Both the position numbers and the translations under genes were made by a program. A stretch of 64,000 nucleotides of DNA from Klebsiella phage KPN8. Below the pieces are notes generated by a model. That model was not told the origin of the DNA, searched no databases, and saw only the letters and a list, made by a program, of their open reading frames with translations. Below are positions 1-9,674 of this stretch, in pieces. The DNA lies in the sequence record OP079919.1. One strand, 5' to 3'. The number at the start of each line of letters is the position of its first letter. The first letter of the stretch is position 1.

Positions 1-516
1 GAACGTCGATTTTACGAGCTTGCCGTATTCTGGCGTGGTCGGCGCGGTAACGTCGAGCTTAACCAGTTTAACGTAAACGCCCGGCACTGCGGTACCGCCG
101 GTAACAGGGATCAGCTCACCGTCGTCGTCGAAAAGATAGCTGCCGTCAGTCGCACGCTGATACTGAGGAATAGATGTACCGTTCCCGATAGCGATGGCGT
201 AAGCAACACGAGCTACTACGGTGTTGGCGGAAACACGGCGTACGCCAAAACCACCCTGACCGCCGGAGGTGATCATCGAGATCAGCCGAGATACCGGGGA
301 GTAGTAAGGGGTGTCAACATCCAGGATATCGCCGTAAAGATTGGTAAAGTCACTTGAGTTTATGAAACTCTGTCCGAGTTCACCCTTAGGGGTGACTACG
401 GGAATAACCGGGTAATGACAAGGATACGTAGGCAGAGACGTTACCGGGTTTAAGCGGCCTTTATCGTCCATACCGTTATTGATGACTTGTCCCGGAATGA
501 TTTTTGTAAAGCTCAT
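1..516 (-). CDS. hypothetical protein (partial; 3' end lies beyond the window start)
   Basis: ATG at 516-514 (complement) with a GAGG-like SD upstream. The reverse-strand frame stays open to position 1 (MSFTKIIPGQVINNGMDDKG...). It is absent from the ORF track because it is truncated. Confidence 0.55.
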   Translation of the reverse strand, partial: MSFTKIIPGQVINNGMDDKGRLNPVTSLPTYPCHYPVIPVVTPKGELGQSFINSSDFTNLYGDILDVDTPYYSPVSRLISMITSGGQGGFGVRRVSANTVVARVAYAIAIGNGTSIPQYQRATDGSYLFDDDGELIPVTGGTAVPGVYVKLVKLDVTAPTTPEYGKLVKSTF

Positions 517-674
517 GCTCTAAGCCTCATATTCGGAAAACGTTTTATTAAGATATTTTTTTGATCAAAAAAATATAGATGGCCGGCAATCGTATGTCTA
601 GAGTCACCATAAGTTACTCTCGTTTAATTTAACCGAACCCGGCACATAACATTCAACATAAGGAGCGGGGAGTC

Positions 675-1553
675 ATGCTTCTCAACGCATACGAAACCAC
701 AGTTGGCAAACCCTTTGCGATCATGGATAAAGTCCAGGGCGTCCTAAAATCGTTAGCGACGATGGATGACTTAGACCATTCCAGTAAAGAAGGGGTTTAT
801 TTCATTACCTATGAAAACGGCAGCCAACTTCCTCTTTTTATTTTCCCTTTAAGTTTATTGGATCATCAGCGTCGTAAAATCACTGTTGTTGACAAGCGCC
901 CCTTCTCCAATAAAAAAGACATCATCATTAGCCCTGTGGAATTTATCGGGCAGTTCACCGCGGCGTGCATTCAGCAAGATGTGTTTGAAGGAAACTTAAA
1001 CACCATCAAAAATTCTCGTTATCTGACGACTCGCGGATACGCCAAATCCCTCAGCAATCGCATTGGGCGTCAGAGCGGTTTAGACCCAAGAGAAATGATT
1101 GAGCTCGCCATCATTCTAGGTCACTTCTTTGTATGTCTCACAGAAAAGCAAAACGACGATTACCAGTTCGTTAGCGCCAACGTACTGAAAAATGCGTTGC
1201 AATTAGATCAGAGTATGACTCAGCCTATTATTGAAGAGATGGGGTTCATTTCAACCATCCCTGAGCTGACCAAATATATCGCTGATCGACCGGGCTTTTT
1301 CAAACTGAAGAATTTCACCCAAAAAGATTTTATCGGGTTGGGTAGCAACATCATCTTCAGTAACCTCGGCAAACAGGTTGTCGGCGCAGCACTGGAACAC
1401 CCTCCGTTATTTACCGGATTATGCTTTATGGCGCTGAAGAACAGAATGTACCTTCAGACTGTTTTGGGTCAGCAAATCGATCCTAAGTACAACGAAAGAT
1501 TAACCGATAGTTTTGTTAAAATGATCAACGGGAATTATCCCGTCCAACTTTAA
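675..1553 (+). CDS. hypothetical protein
   Basis: 292-aa ORF. Strong SD AAGGAGCGGGG 6 nt upstream of the ATG. No motif recognised. Confidence 0.7.
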   Translation: MLLNAYETTVGKPFAIMDKVQGVLKSLATMDDLDHSSKEGVYFITYENGSQLPLFIFPLSLLDHQRRKITVVDKRPFSNKKDIIISPVEFIGQFTAACIQQDVFEGNLNTIKNSRYLTTRGYAKSLSNRIGRQSGLDPREMIELAIILGHFFVCLTEKQNDDYQFVSANVLKNALQLDQSMTQPIIEEMGFISTIPELTKYIADRPGFFKLKNFTQKDFIGLGSNIIFSNLGKQVVGAALEHPPLFTGLCFMALKNRMYLQTVLGQQIDPKYNERLTDSFVKMINGNYPVQL

Positions 1554-1558
1554 AAGGA

Positions 1559-4162
1559 ATGGACATGAGTGTGTCGTTGGTTCAACCAAGAACTGACTTG
1601 ATACGTTACGCCGAGTCCAATATGTGGTCGTCTCCCTATAACGATCAACAATTCAGGCTGGAGCTACAACGTATCAGTCCCCCAGTAGGGTTGGTCAATA
1701 CCTTTACGTATATGGGTAAAGGGAGAGGATTACCCGATTCTACTACCCCTCATCACGTCTATACCCTTAGCGGTACGTCGCTAGGGTACTGGAACTTCAT
1801 CAACAAAAATATAAAAACTAATCCAGTCGATACCTGGGTGAGAGTTGATTGGCTCAGCCATCAGCGTGGGGTTTATATTGAACTTTATCGTCCCGACGGC
1901 AGAATCTATCCAAGAGATTGCGCGTGGATCATGCGGACTTATGACGGGGGACACCTTCTTTGTGTGGAACGTTTAACCAACTACCCGCTGCCATTAAACG
2001 ATAACTTCTATCTACGGTGTTATACCCCTGATTGGGATATTTATCGTGGGGTGGAAGGAACCGACGAAAATAACGGGTTTCAGTATACCAGTTTCGTTGG
2101 TCCAACTCAGGCTAATCTCACGGCGCTCCAAACCCAACTCAATACGTGGAGTGGTTTAGGTGGATTATCGTCCATTTATGTCGATGGAATAAAATGTCCG
2201 TCACTTCCTACAGTGTCGGCTGTTACGTCGAATACCATCGTAGAGATTTTCTACGATCCGACCGTTTATAGAGTCGATAACTACGACTTGAAAACTCTGC
2301 CGGACTTCTATTCTGATTTGGATAGCAAACGCAAATACATCGTTCACCCTCCTAAGGTTGAAGGTGACTGGGCTTTCCGGTACTTCGACGATTGCGACAT
2401 CTACATCACGACCCCAACCGGGAAAGGACTATATTTCAATATCAATAGTCCGGATGCGTTGCGTCAACTCACTCACGCTGACTATAGTGTGAGTACTGAT
2501 TACGTCGCGACCCTTATTGATAGCCTGACGGATCTTAAGAATCGAGATGACCTGAAATTGCAGGTGATTTATCGCAGCACGAACTGGAGTCACAATCTCG
2601 TATGGGAAGCCAATCGAATCAGGTACCTTTACCGTCTTGATGATAATGGAATAATCAACGCAATGACTGCGGTCCACTCCACGCTACCTGAATGGACAGC
2701 CAGTGGTTTGGAAAATTCTTATTCCATGCTGATCAACAGACAGAAATGGGGAGAGCTGACCGATGAGAACATCGTTAAAGCATTGGGGTTCAATGCCCTG
2801 ACTCAAGCTTTAGCATCGTCACCAGTTTCAATGCCCTACGTGGAAGGATACGCCGGTTATGACGTTCCAATTAGTTTCCAAGAAGCTTGCGTGGCTTTTG
2901 AGTACGATGCGGACGGTTTACTCATTAATAACTACCCATTGACTAATGCGCTGAAATATGCTCCAACCAATCCGACCTGTGCTATGGTGGAGTTCATTGC
3001 TGGTAGTCCGGCAATCACCAGACATCAAGTGATTGGGAGCGATCCAGTTACATTATTGAAAAACTGGTCTTATTTGGCTTTGCAATCTGGCCGGTTAGTC
3101 TCTACTGGGGAATCTGACGGGAAATGGGTACCTGCGGTATTGGGTACTGACTATACCGTTACCAATGGTGTTCTTACCTGGATCCACGACTCAACAAACC
3201 GGATAGGTAGAGTTATCTTTAACGATGTTTTCCTTTACAAGGATTTCACGTTATCACATCTTGATAACTCCATTTATTTCGCCATTACCGAAATATGGGA
3301 AGGCGGAGGGATAGCTGCGGATATCGCACCGGCTAACATCTACATTTGGATGAACGGTCATCCTCTCATTCTTAACGTCGATTACGTGATGGATTACCCT
3401 AGGGTATTCATCAACAACAAGATGTATTTGAATGAGAGTGGGGAAAACGATTTTGTCGTGGCTGCGTTCGGGATAAGTACGAGTTTAACTCAGCCGGTAG
3501 AAGAATCTGAATTGGGTTATATCGTCGGCGGAACCATCGGGGTTAACGGCCGTTACAATATCCGAGATGGAAGAGATACGAGGCTTATCGCCGCGGGTCG
3601 TTTATTCCCATCTGATGGCATTGATGATTCAGAGCAACACGCTCCTCAGAACGCCGGTTATTCTCTCAACGGTTACCCGTATCAGGTTAAGCACGTTTAT
3701 CAGACCGTTCAAAAAGCGGTGGATTTTAATAACTATCCTCGGTACGCCGAAGACAGGGATTTGGATAATCGTATCTGTACTTACCTGACGACGTATTGTG
3801 AGAAACCAGGTCCTGTCGTTTGGCCTAACATCTCCGACAAATACAGATTGTTTAGTCCTTTCCTGAATCAGATCGTAAACGCAATATTGCTGAAAATCAT
3901 TACCGTCCCTGCACCAACCACAGGCGGGGTATTCAGCAAACAGGTAATCAATGAGCTAACCAAAGATTATCAATGGTTGCTTGATTACGATCCGGCTTTC
4001 TTGAAATACGACTTGCGGTATTACACAATCAATCCGTTTTCCATGGCGGGTATGCAAACTGTAACAACCGCCCAGTTACTCTTCATCACTCAGGTTAACG
4101 AAATCTATCTCAATAGCGCGTGCGGCATAGAGGGATATTTTGAGGTAAATAATAATGTTTGA
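1559..4162 (+). CDS. hypothetical large protein (867 aa), possibly structural
   Basis: Long ORF starting 6 nt after the previous stop, with SD AAAGGAATGG. No catalytic motif recognised. Confidence 0.7.
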   Translation: MDMSVSLVQPRTDLIRYAESNMWSSPYNDQQFRLELQRISPPVGLVNTFTYMGKGRGLPDSTTPHHVYTLSGTSLGYWNFINKNIKTNPVDTWVRVDWLSHQRGVYIELYRPDGRIYPRDCAWIMRTYDGGHLLCVERLTNYPLPLNDNFYLRCYTPDWDIYRGVEGTDENNGFQYTSFVGPTQANLTALQTQLNTWSGLGGLSSIYVDGIKCPSLPTVSAVTSNTIVEIFYDPTVYRVDNYDLKTLPDFYSDLDSKRKYIVHPPKVEGDWAFRYFDDCDIYITTPTGKGLYFNINSPDALRQLTHADYSVSTDYVATLIDSLTDLKNRDDLKLQVIYRSTNWSHNLVWEANRIRYLYRLDDNGIINAMTAVHSTLPEWTASGLENSYSMLINRQKWGELTDENIVKALGFNALTQALASSPVSMPYVEGYAGYDVPISFQEACVAFEYDADGLLINNYPLTNALKYAPTNPTCAMVEFIAGSPAITRHQVIGSDPVTLLKNWSYLALQSGRLVSTGESDGKWVPAVLGTDYTVTNGVLTWIHDSTNRIGRVIFNDVFLYKDFTLSHLDNSIYFAITEIWEGGGIAADIAPANIYIWMNGHPLILNVDYVMDYPRVFINNKMYLNESGENDFVVAAFGISTSLTQPVEESELGYIVGGTIGVNGRYNIRDGRDTRLIAAGRLFPSDGIDDSEQHAPQNAGYSLNGYPYQVKHVYQTVQKAVDFNNYPRYAEDRDLDNRICTYLTTYCEKPGPVVWPNISDKYRLFSPFLNQIVNAILLKIITVPAPTTGGVFSKQVINELTKDYQWLLDYDPAFLKYDLRYYTINPFSMAGMQTVTTAQLLFITQVNEIYLNSACGIEGYFEVNNNV

Positions 4163-5870
4163 TACCAGCACCACATCGACCACATCAAGTACGAGTGTTG
4201 CGGCGACGGGTCCTCAGTTACCTAACTCGAATGATCTACTCACCCCACTCGATATTTCCAACCTTTACGATCCGGATACGGTAGCTGATTCTGATGCGTC
4301 AAAATACATCGTTGGTCGTGAAGGCCAAACGGTCATAGACGGATTGAACCAACGAGCTTACGTCATTACTCACGTTGGGACTGAAGATGCGAAATACAAA
4401 TCAACGTTAAAACGGATAGGGTTTGTTACGGATAGCGACGACAACTCGAGTGACATCATTGGTTTACCGGGACGCTTTGCCGGCAATGGTGTTTTGGGAA
4501 TCGACTACAGTGTCAGACCTCCTCGGGCTGTCATCGATGGTCGTGTATGGGCTCCTGATGCAGCCTACGGTTTGCTTTATAAAGGCGTGGTTATCGGTGA
4601 TAGCGGTCAGGTCATTTCTGTTCAATACGCAACTAATGGTGATTTGATTTCTAATCAGGTCCCGACTAAATTAGCTGCGGTTAACAACATGACCAACCAC
4701 AGCATCTTCACCACTACTGCATTTTCGGTGACTCAAACGGCTGACGAACTCCCGGACGGAAGTTTGTGTACGCTGGTGTTCTTCGATGCTGCCGGTAACA
4801 TGATTCCTGAACCTTATGAACTTGGCGTGATGCACACTGCGTTGCTGAGAGATCATCAGATCGGGATCAAGTATGTTTCGGCTATTGAACTGGTCTCTCC
4901 TTGGTTCACCGATACGACCGATCCTACTACGCTGAACATTCCTATCAACGTTGCGATGAGTTCGGTTCAATTCTCTGCGCGCATCCATTATAACGATGGG
5001 TCTACCAAAGAGCAATTGATTGACGGGACCAAATGTGCGATCATCGGGCTCAATGAATATAAACCTACTACGGTGGGTCAGCGAGCTTCGATCGTACTTC
5101 GTTATTCGTTCGATGAGGACGAACAGGCTTTAATTGCTACGCCTAATTATCCCGACATGATCACCCAGGCTTATCAGATCGTTTGTACTCAGGTTAACGG
5201 CGCCTACTCTCCAAAACTCTACACTTATCCGGTGTGGAACGGAACAGGGTATTCGCTCAAACATTACCTGTACGATCTTACCCGTGGGTATGCGACTGAC
5301 GTTACTCAGCATGTTACACTCAACGACACGTCGCCAGCCTTCCAGCCGGCTAACTATGGCGTTCAGCAAGACATGGTGTTTAACCTGACGCTGTCAGACG
5401 TATCTTCGACGTTTAAAGCATGGACGCTGGTACAACATACTTCTATTACGTTGTATAAAGCGAATACCGGCACGGGTCGTCGTTGGGCTATTCAGTACTC
5501 TTCTGCGAATAATCCTTACGTCGCTTATAACGTCGGGTATACCGAAGCCAATGGTGTTCAGTCCATTAACCTGGCTGGTTCCATCCTCACGATTTCTGAT
5601 TGGTTGAATCGACTCTACTATCCGGTAGAACCATTGATCGATACCACGAAAGAATCGGCGGCTCTGGTTCCTAACTATATCCGGTTGGTTGACACTAACG
5701 GGGTTACTCACGACCTTGAAATCAACGATTGGAATAAACCTCAAGCTCTCACTTCTCCTGTTGCAAGTGGCCAAACCCTCTTCCTGCAATGGATTCAGAA
5801 ATCAGAGAACGGGGCCGAACTCCAATTGGCGACCACGGGTGTTGTTGTAGACGTCGCTCCGAGCAATTAA
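4155..5870 (+). CDS. hypothetical protein (571 aa), Ser/Thr-rich N-terminus
   Basis: ATGTTTGA start overlaps the previous stop. SD GAGGTAAATAATA. N-terminus is MFDTSTTSTTSSTSVAATG. Confidence 0.7.
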   Translation: MFDTSTTSTTSSTSVAATGPQLPNSNDLLTPLDISNLYDPDTVADSDASKYIVGREGQTVIDGLNQRAYVITHVGTEDAKYKSTLKRIGFVTDSDDNSSDIIGLPGRFAGNGVLGIDYSVRPPRAVIDGRVWAPDAAYGLLYKGVVIGDSGQVISVQYATNGDLISNQVPTKLAAVNNMTNHSIFTTTAFSVTQTADELPDGSLCTLVFFDAAGNMIPEPYELGVMHTALLRDHQIGIKYVSAIELVSPWFTDTTDPTTLNIPINVAMSSVQFSARIHYNDGSTKEQLIDGTKCAIIGLNEYKPTTVGQRASIVLRYSFDEDEQALIATPNYPDMITQAYQIVCTQVNGAYSPKLYTYPVWNGTGYSLKHYLYDLTRGYATDVTQHVTLNDTSPAFQPANYGVQQDMVFNLTLSDVSSTFKAWTLVQHTSITLYKANTGTGRRWAIQYSSANNPYVAYNVGYTEANGVQSINLAGSILTISDWLNRLYYPVEPLIDTTKESAALVPNYIRLVDTNGVTHDLEINDWNKPQALTSPVASGQTLFLQWIQKSENGAELQLATTGVVVDVAPSN

Positions 5871-5882
5871 GATTCGTTATCC

Positions 5883-5918
5883 TAACTACCGGTCTGAAAA
5901 GACCGGTAGTTATATTTT
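5883..5918 (+). terminator. intrinsic terminator hairpin
   Basis: TAACTACCGGTC-TGAAAA-GACCGGTAGTTA is a perfect 12-bp stem, followed by TATATTTTAT. Confidence 0.7.
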
Positions 5919-5953
5919 ATATCGAGACCGAGACAAACCGACAGGATAAAACC

Positions 5954-8900
5954 ATGTTTGCAAGTAAAGACGAATTAGAACTACATCTTGCAAGAGAAAA
6001 ACTTGCTATGATAGGAGCGACAGAAAGTCAGCTCCCCGAATACCTGCTCGATGACGACACAGAAGCGCTTCCCATCAGGACCCCAGAAGAATTGCTTCTA
6101 GCCCATTATCGAGAAGACACATTAAGTGCGATCAAAACGGTCAGGTTCTTAAAGGACTTCGAACGTTATAACGCTAAACCGGATCTGACGACGAAGAACA
6201 TCTCTTTCTTAAAGGTTGCTGAAATCTTTAGACTGATGGGGATAAAGAATTACTATTTCTGCCTCCAGCTCAACAATCCGTTGCTGATAGGGGTAGATCC
6301 TTACGACCCCAACCTGACAGATGAACAAAAATTCATGATCCTCCAGGAGTGCCGTGAAAACTTCTGGTATTTCCTCCGTGAAGTACTTCATCTGAGCGGT
6401 GGTATTCAGTTCCAGGCAAACAGAGCAAACATCTGTTTCTTATGGTGTTATTTGTGCCACGTCAACACCATGCTTATCATTCCCCGCCAATTCGGGAAAA
6501 ATTCTAGATTAGATTCTCTTGTAAAAATACCCAACGGTTGGAAGAAAATGGGGGATATGCGCAAGGGTGACGTAGTATCCACTCCTGATGGTAAAACGGC
6601 TAAAGTTACCGGGGTTTATCCTCAAGGTGTCACTCCTTTATATAAGGTTACTTTTAAAGATGGAAGAGAATCTTACGTCGGGTCTGATCATTATTGGACG
6701 GTATGGGATCCCGGTAAGGGTGATGGCGGGGTCTGGCGAACACTGACCACACTCGAGTGCCAACAACGCATGACCGAGATGAAGAAAGCGCATAACTATC
6801 TTTCTGTTCCTTTGGTTCAGCCTGATAATGATCCAGATAAGAAACTTGCCATTCATCCTTATGTTCTAGGTGTTTTACTAGGTGACGGATGCATCTCTAA
6901 TAAAAGCGTTGTTGTAGCTAAACCAGATAAAGAGATGTTCGATAAGGTTACAGGGCTCATCCCTGAGTCACTAGAAACCTCATGGGTTGATGATAAGAGC
7001 TTTATCATCAGACGTAAGCCGACTAACATAACCCAGAACAATCAACTTAAAGATGATTTAACCAATCTCGATTTATTCGGATTGCGGTCCTGGGAGAAAT
7101 TTGTTCCTACCGATTACTTAAATGGTTCTTATCGCCAGCGTTTAGAGTTGCTACAGGGTTTACTTGATACTGATGGACACGCAGGTACGGGTGGGAACAT
7201 TGAGTATTGCACGACGTCTCCTAAACTCGCTAAAGATTTCGTTTACCTTGCTCGTAGCATCGGGGCAATATGTTCTTGTAAAGAACGCCACACGTATTAC
7301 ACGCATAATGGCGAGAGACGCCAGGGGAGATTATCTTATCGCATTAGTGTTCGACACACACAGCCTTGGGAACTCTTCACGTTAAGTCGTAAACGAGATC
7401 GTTTAGTTGACAAAACACGAGGGTTAAAATTTAACAGCCGTTTAACCATGCGTTCCATTGAGTATGTGGGGGAAGAAGAGACTCAGTGCATTGAAGTGGA
7501 CCATCCTGATCATCTTTACATCATGGATGATTTCGTCGTCACTCACAACACTGTTTCTGCCCAGAGCATTATGTTCTGGCTAACTTACTTAACCGGGAAG
7601 TCTTACGAATCCCACTTAATCACCCTGAAAGACGATAACCGTAGTCAGTTCGTAGAGGCGTTAAAGGGTATCCGTAACAACATCCCGAGTTACTTAACCA
7701 ACGTGGGGTGGCGAGATAAGGATAGCGGTAACTCATTAACCTATAGCGCGTTTGGGGATGATAAGAAAAACATCTTCCGTATTAGTGTACCTCAAATCGG
7801 TAGAGAGGCGGCTCGTAACGTCGGTCGTGGTTTGACTATCAAAACGCGTATGATTGACGAACCGGCATATATCAACTTCATGGAAGAGATACTTAACGGT
7901 GCGGGCCCTAGTACACTAACGGCTCGTGCTAACGCCAGAAGAATAGGTGAACCCTATGGGACGGGATTCATTACCACGCCTGCGAGTAAAACGACGGCAA
8001 GCGGCGAATACATGTACAACATGTTGATGGATGCGACCGAGTGGCGGGAAACGTTCTTCGACAGTTTTAACGAAAGTCATCTCTACCAACGTTTGATTAA
8101 AGCAAGTCCTGTGGAGGGAATCACCAGTCCTACCGTAGGCATGGTTTTCAACTACTTGCAGCTGGGTAGGAATAAAGACTGGGTTAAGAAAACCATAGAC
8201 GAGTTAAAACTCAGTTTAGCCGAAGCGAAGATCGACTTACTGTTAATGTGGGACGACGCCAGTAAAGGTAAACTTTTCGACGACTTAACTCGAGAAGCGT
8301 TAAACGAGGGTAAACGAGGAATACTCTGGAGTCAGGAAGTAGGGAGTACGGGGTTGTTCATCGACTGGTTTATTACGCCAGAAGAACACACCCAAATCAT
8401 TACTGGGAATAGTCAAACCTTTTACGTAGTCGGTTGTGATACTTCCGCTGCGCAAAACCGAGACGCCTGTACTGTCGTGATAAGAGACGTCATGGACGGT
8501 AAAGTGATTGGGGTGGGTCGTTATCCGATAGCCTACTTAATGGACGTGGGCGAGGTACTACAAACGATCCTGTTAGAGATTAAGAACAGCTTACTGATCA
8601 TCGAGCGTAACTTCGCGCATCACATGATCGACCAACTGCTCGTTAGTCTTCCTGCATTAGGCATCGATCCCTTTAAACGTATCTTTAATCAGATCGTACA
8701 GGATCCGGTTAAATACGAAAAAGAAATGATCGAGTTTAAACAACGTAATTTCGCTAACAGAGACAGTCACTTCTATCTGAGATTCAAACATTTGTTTGGG
8801 TTCGTTACCAACGCCAAAACGCGTGACGAAGTATATAGTTTTATCCAAGAAGCGGTAGGGACTACCGGAGATAAAATTTACTATACTAAACTCATCGACG

Positions 8901-9352
8901 AACTGGTCAACCTCAAAGAGAAAGGGGGAAGGATAGACCACGAAGCCAATAAACACGATGACCTGGTTATCGCTTGGTTGTTAGGATTCTGGTTCTTGAA
9001 ACTGGGTAACAATAAAAGCGAATACGGAATTCCTCCAGGTATTAGTTTGAGTAAAATCAGCTTGATGCGTGTTGGGGACGATAAAAATGAGGAAACCAAC
9101 AGTGCGCACAATGAAGCGATGATCGCACTCTATCGTCGTAAAGTTGAAGAGCTGAGTGACAGACTCATTAAAACCACCGACAATACCGTAGCTCAAAGGA
9201 TCGAGTACATGATTGACAAACTCAGCAGCATGATCCCTCAAGATAAGCGTAAGAGTTTGACCATCGATGAAATCGTTAGAAAGGCCAAGGAGGAAAGAAG
9301 TCGTCGAGTATTGGAAGCGCGTAAGTTACGCAGTCGTTACGCGTACATGTAA
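5954..9352 (+). CDS. terL: terminase large subunit (ATPase + nuclease), interrupted by an in-frame intein
   Basis: P-loop IIPRQFGKN aligns to T4 gp17 SRQLGKT. A Walker-B-like MIDEPAYI follows, then FITTPASK (TTP coupling motif), then the nuclease-domain-like FYVVGCDTSAAQNRDACTVVIRD. The ORF track starts at an earlier ATG (5789) that reads through the upstream terminator, so the ATG at 5954 (MFASKDEL) is preferred. Spliced length is ~783 aa. Confidence 0.8.
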   Translation: MFASKDELELHLAREKLAMIGATESQLPEYLLDDDTEALPIRTPEELLLAHYREDTLSAIKTVRFLKDFERYNAKPDLTTKNISFLKVAEIFRLMGIKNYYFCLQLNNPLLIGVDPYDPNLTDEQKFMILQECRENFWYFLREVLHLSGGIQFQANRANICFLWCYLCHVNTMLIIPRQFGKNSRLDSLVKIPNGWKKMGDMRKGDVVSTPDGKTAKVTGVYPQGVTPLYKVTFKDGRESYVGSDHYWTVWDPGKGDGGVWRTLTTLECQQRMTEMKKAHNYLSVPLVQPDNDPDKKLAIHPYVLGVLLGDGCISNKSVVVAKPDKEMFDKVTGLIPESLETSWVDDKSFIIRRKPTNITQNNQLKDDLTNLDLFGLRSWEKFVPTDYLNGSYRQRLELLQGLLDTDGHAGTGGNIEYCTTSPKLAKDFVYLARSIGAICSCKERHTYYTHNGERRQGRLSYRISVRHTQPWELFTLSRKRDRLVDKTRGLKFNSRLTMRSIEYVGEEETQCIEVDHPDHLYIMDDFVVTHNTVSAQSIMFWLTYLTGKSYESHLITLKDDNRSQFVEALKGIRNNIPSYLTNVGWRDKDSGNSLTYSAFGDDKKNIFRISVPQIGREAARNVGRGLTIKTRMIDEPAYINFMEEILNGAGPSTLTARANARRIGEPYGTGFITTPASKTTASGEYMYNMLMDATEWRETFFDSFNESHLYQRLIKASPVEGITSPTVGMVFNYLQLGRNKDWVKKTIDELKLSLAEAKIDLLLMWDDASKGKLFDDLTREALNEGKRGILWSQEVGSTGLFIDWFITPEEHTQIITGNSQTFYVVGCDTSAAQNRDACTVVIRDVMDGKVIGVGRYPIAYLMDVGEVLQTILLEIKNSLLIIERNFAHHMIDQLLVSLPALGIDPFKRIFNQIVQDPVKYEKEMIEFKQRNFANRDSHFYLRFKHLFGFVTNAKTRDEVYSFIQEAVGTTGDKIYYTKLIDELVNLKEKGGRIDHEANKHDDLVIAWLLGFWFLKLGNNKSEYGIPPGISLSKISLMRVGDDKNEETNSAHNEAMIALYRRKVEELSDRLIKTTDNTVAQRIEYMIDKLSSMIPQDKRKSLTIDEIVRKAKEERSRRVLEARKLRSRYAYM
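6503..7549 (+). mobile_element. intein (349 aa) with LAGLIDADG homing-endonuclease domain, inserted in the terminase P-loop
   Basis: Block A SRLDSLVKIPNGW aligns to CLAGDTLITLADG. Block B is GSDHYW. Two LAGLIDADG motifs: LGVLLGDGCI and LLQGLLDTDGHAG. C-terminal VVTHN is followed by a +1 Thr. The intein DNA visibly uses TTA/CTA/AGA codons more than the flanking extein. Confidence 0.75.
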
Positions 9353-9365
9353 ATTTTTATAAGTC

Positions 9366-9385
9366 TACATTATCATGGTGTAAAC
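9366..9385 (+). promoter_or_regulatory. conserved promoter-like motif TACATTATCATGGTGTAAAC (copy 1 of 2)
   Basis: 17 of 18 nt are identical to the copy at 31732-31760. Both copies lie ~35 nt upstream of a small monocistronic gene and directly after a large gene that has no terminator. Confidence 0.35.
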
Positions 9386-9413
9386 CTCAAATAAACTTTT
9401 AGGAGCTAACACC

Positions 9414-9629
9414 ATGAATAAATACAACGTTACTTTTATCCGTCACGACGATACTCTGGTCGCTAACGTTCCTTGTGTCAACGAGGAAAAGGATGTGTTA
9501 CTCGGAGGTGGGTTGGTCGATTCTCGTTTAGGTCATCTCGAAGTCGATATCAAAACGGGAACTCTCGTTCTCAGATCCAATTGCGCCAACGATTCACTCA
9601 CGACGGAATGTCGCCTGCATTACATTTAA
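9414..9629 (+). CDS. small hypothetical protein (71 aa)
   Basis: SD TAGGAGC 8 nt upstream. Flanked by the conserved motif upstream and a strong hairpin downstream. Confidence 0.5.
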   Translation: MNKYNVTFIRHDDTLVANVPCVNEEKDVLLGGGLVDSRLGHLEVDIKTGTLVLRSNCANDSLTTECRLHYI

Positions 9630-9634
9630 CATTA

Positions 9635-9664
9635 TACCCCTACGGCGATTACGCCGTAGGGGTA
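9635..9664. terminator. bidirectional terminator hairpin between convergent genes
   Basis: TACCCCTACGGCG-ATTA-CGCCGTAGGGGTA is a perfect 13-bp stem. The T-run follows on the + side. Confidence 0.7.
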
Positions 9665-9674
9665 TAGTTTTTAT

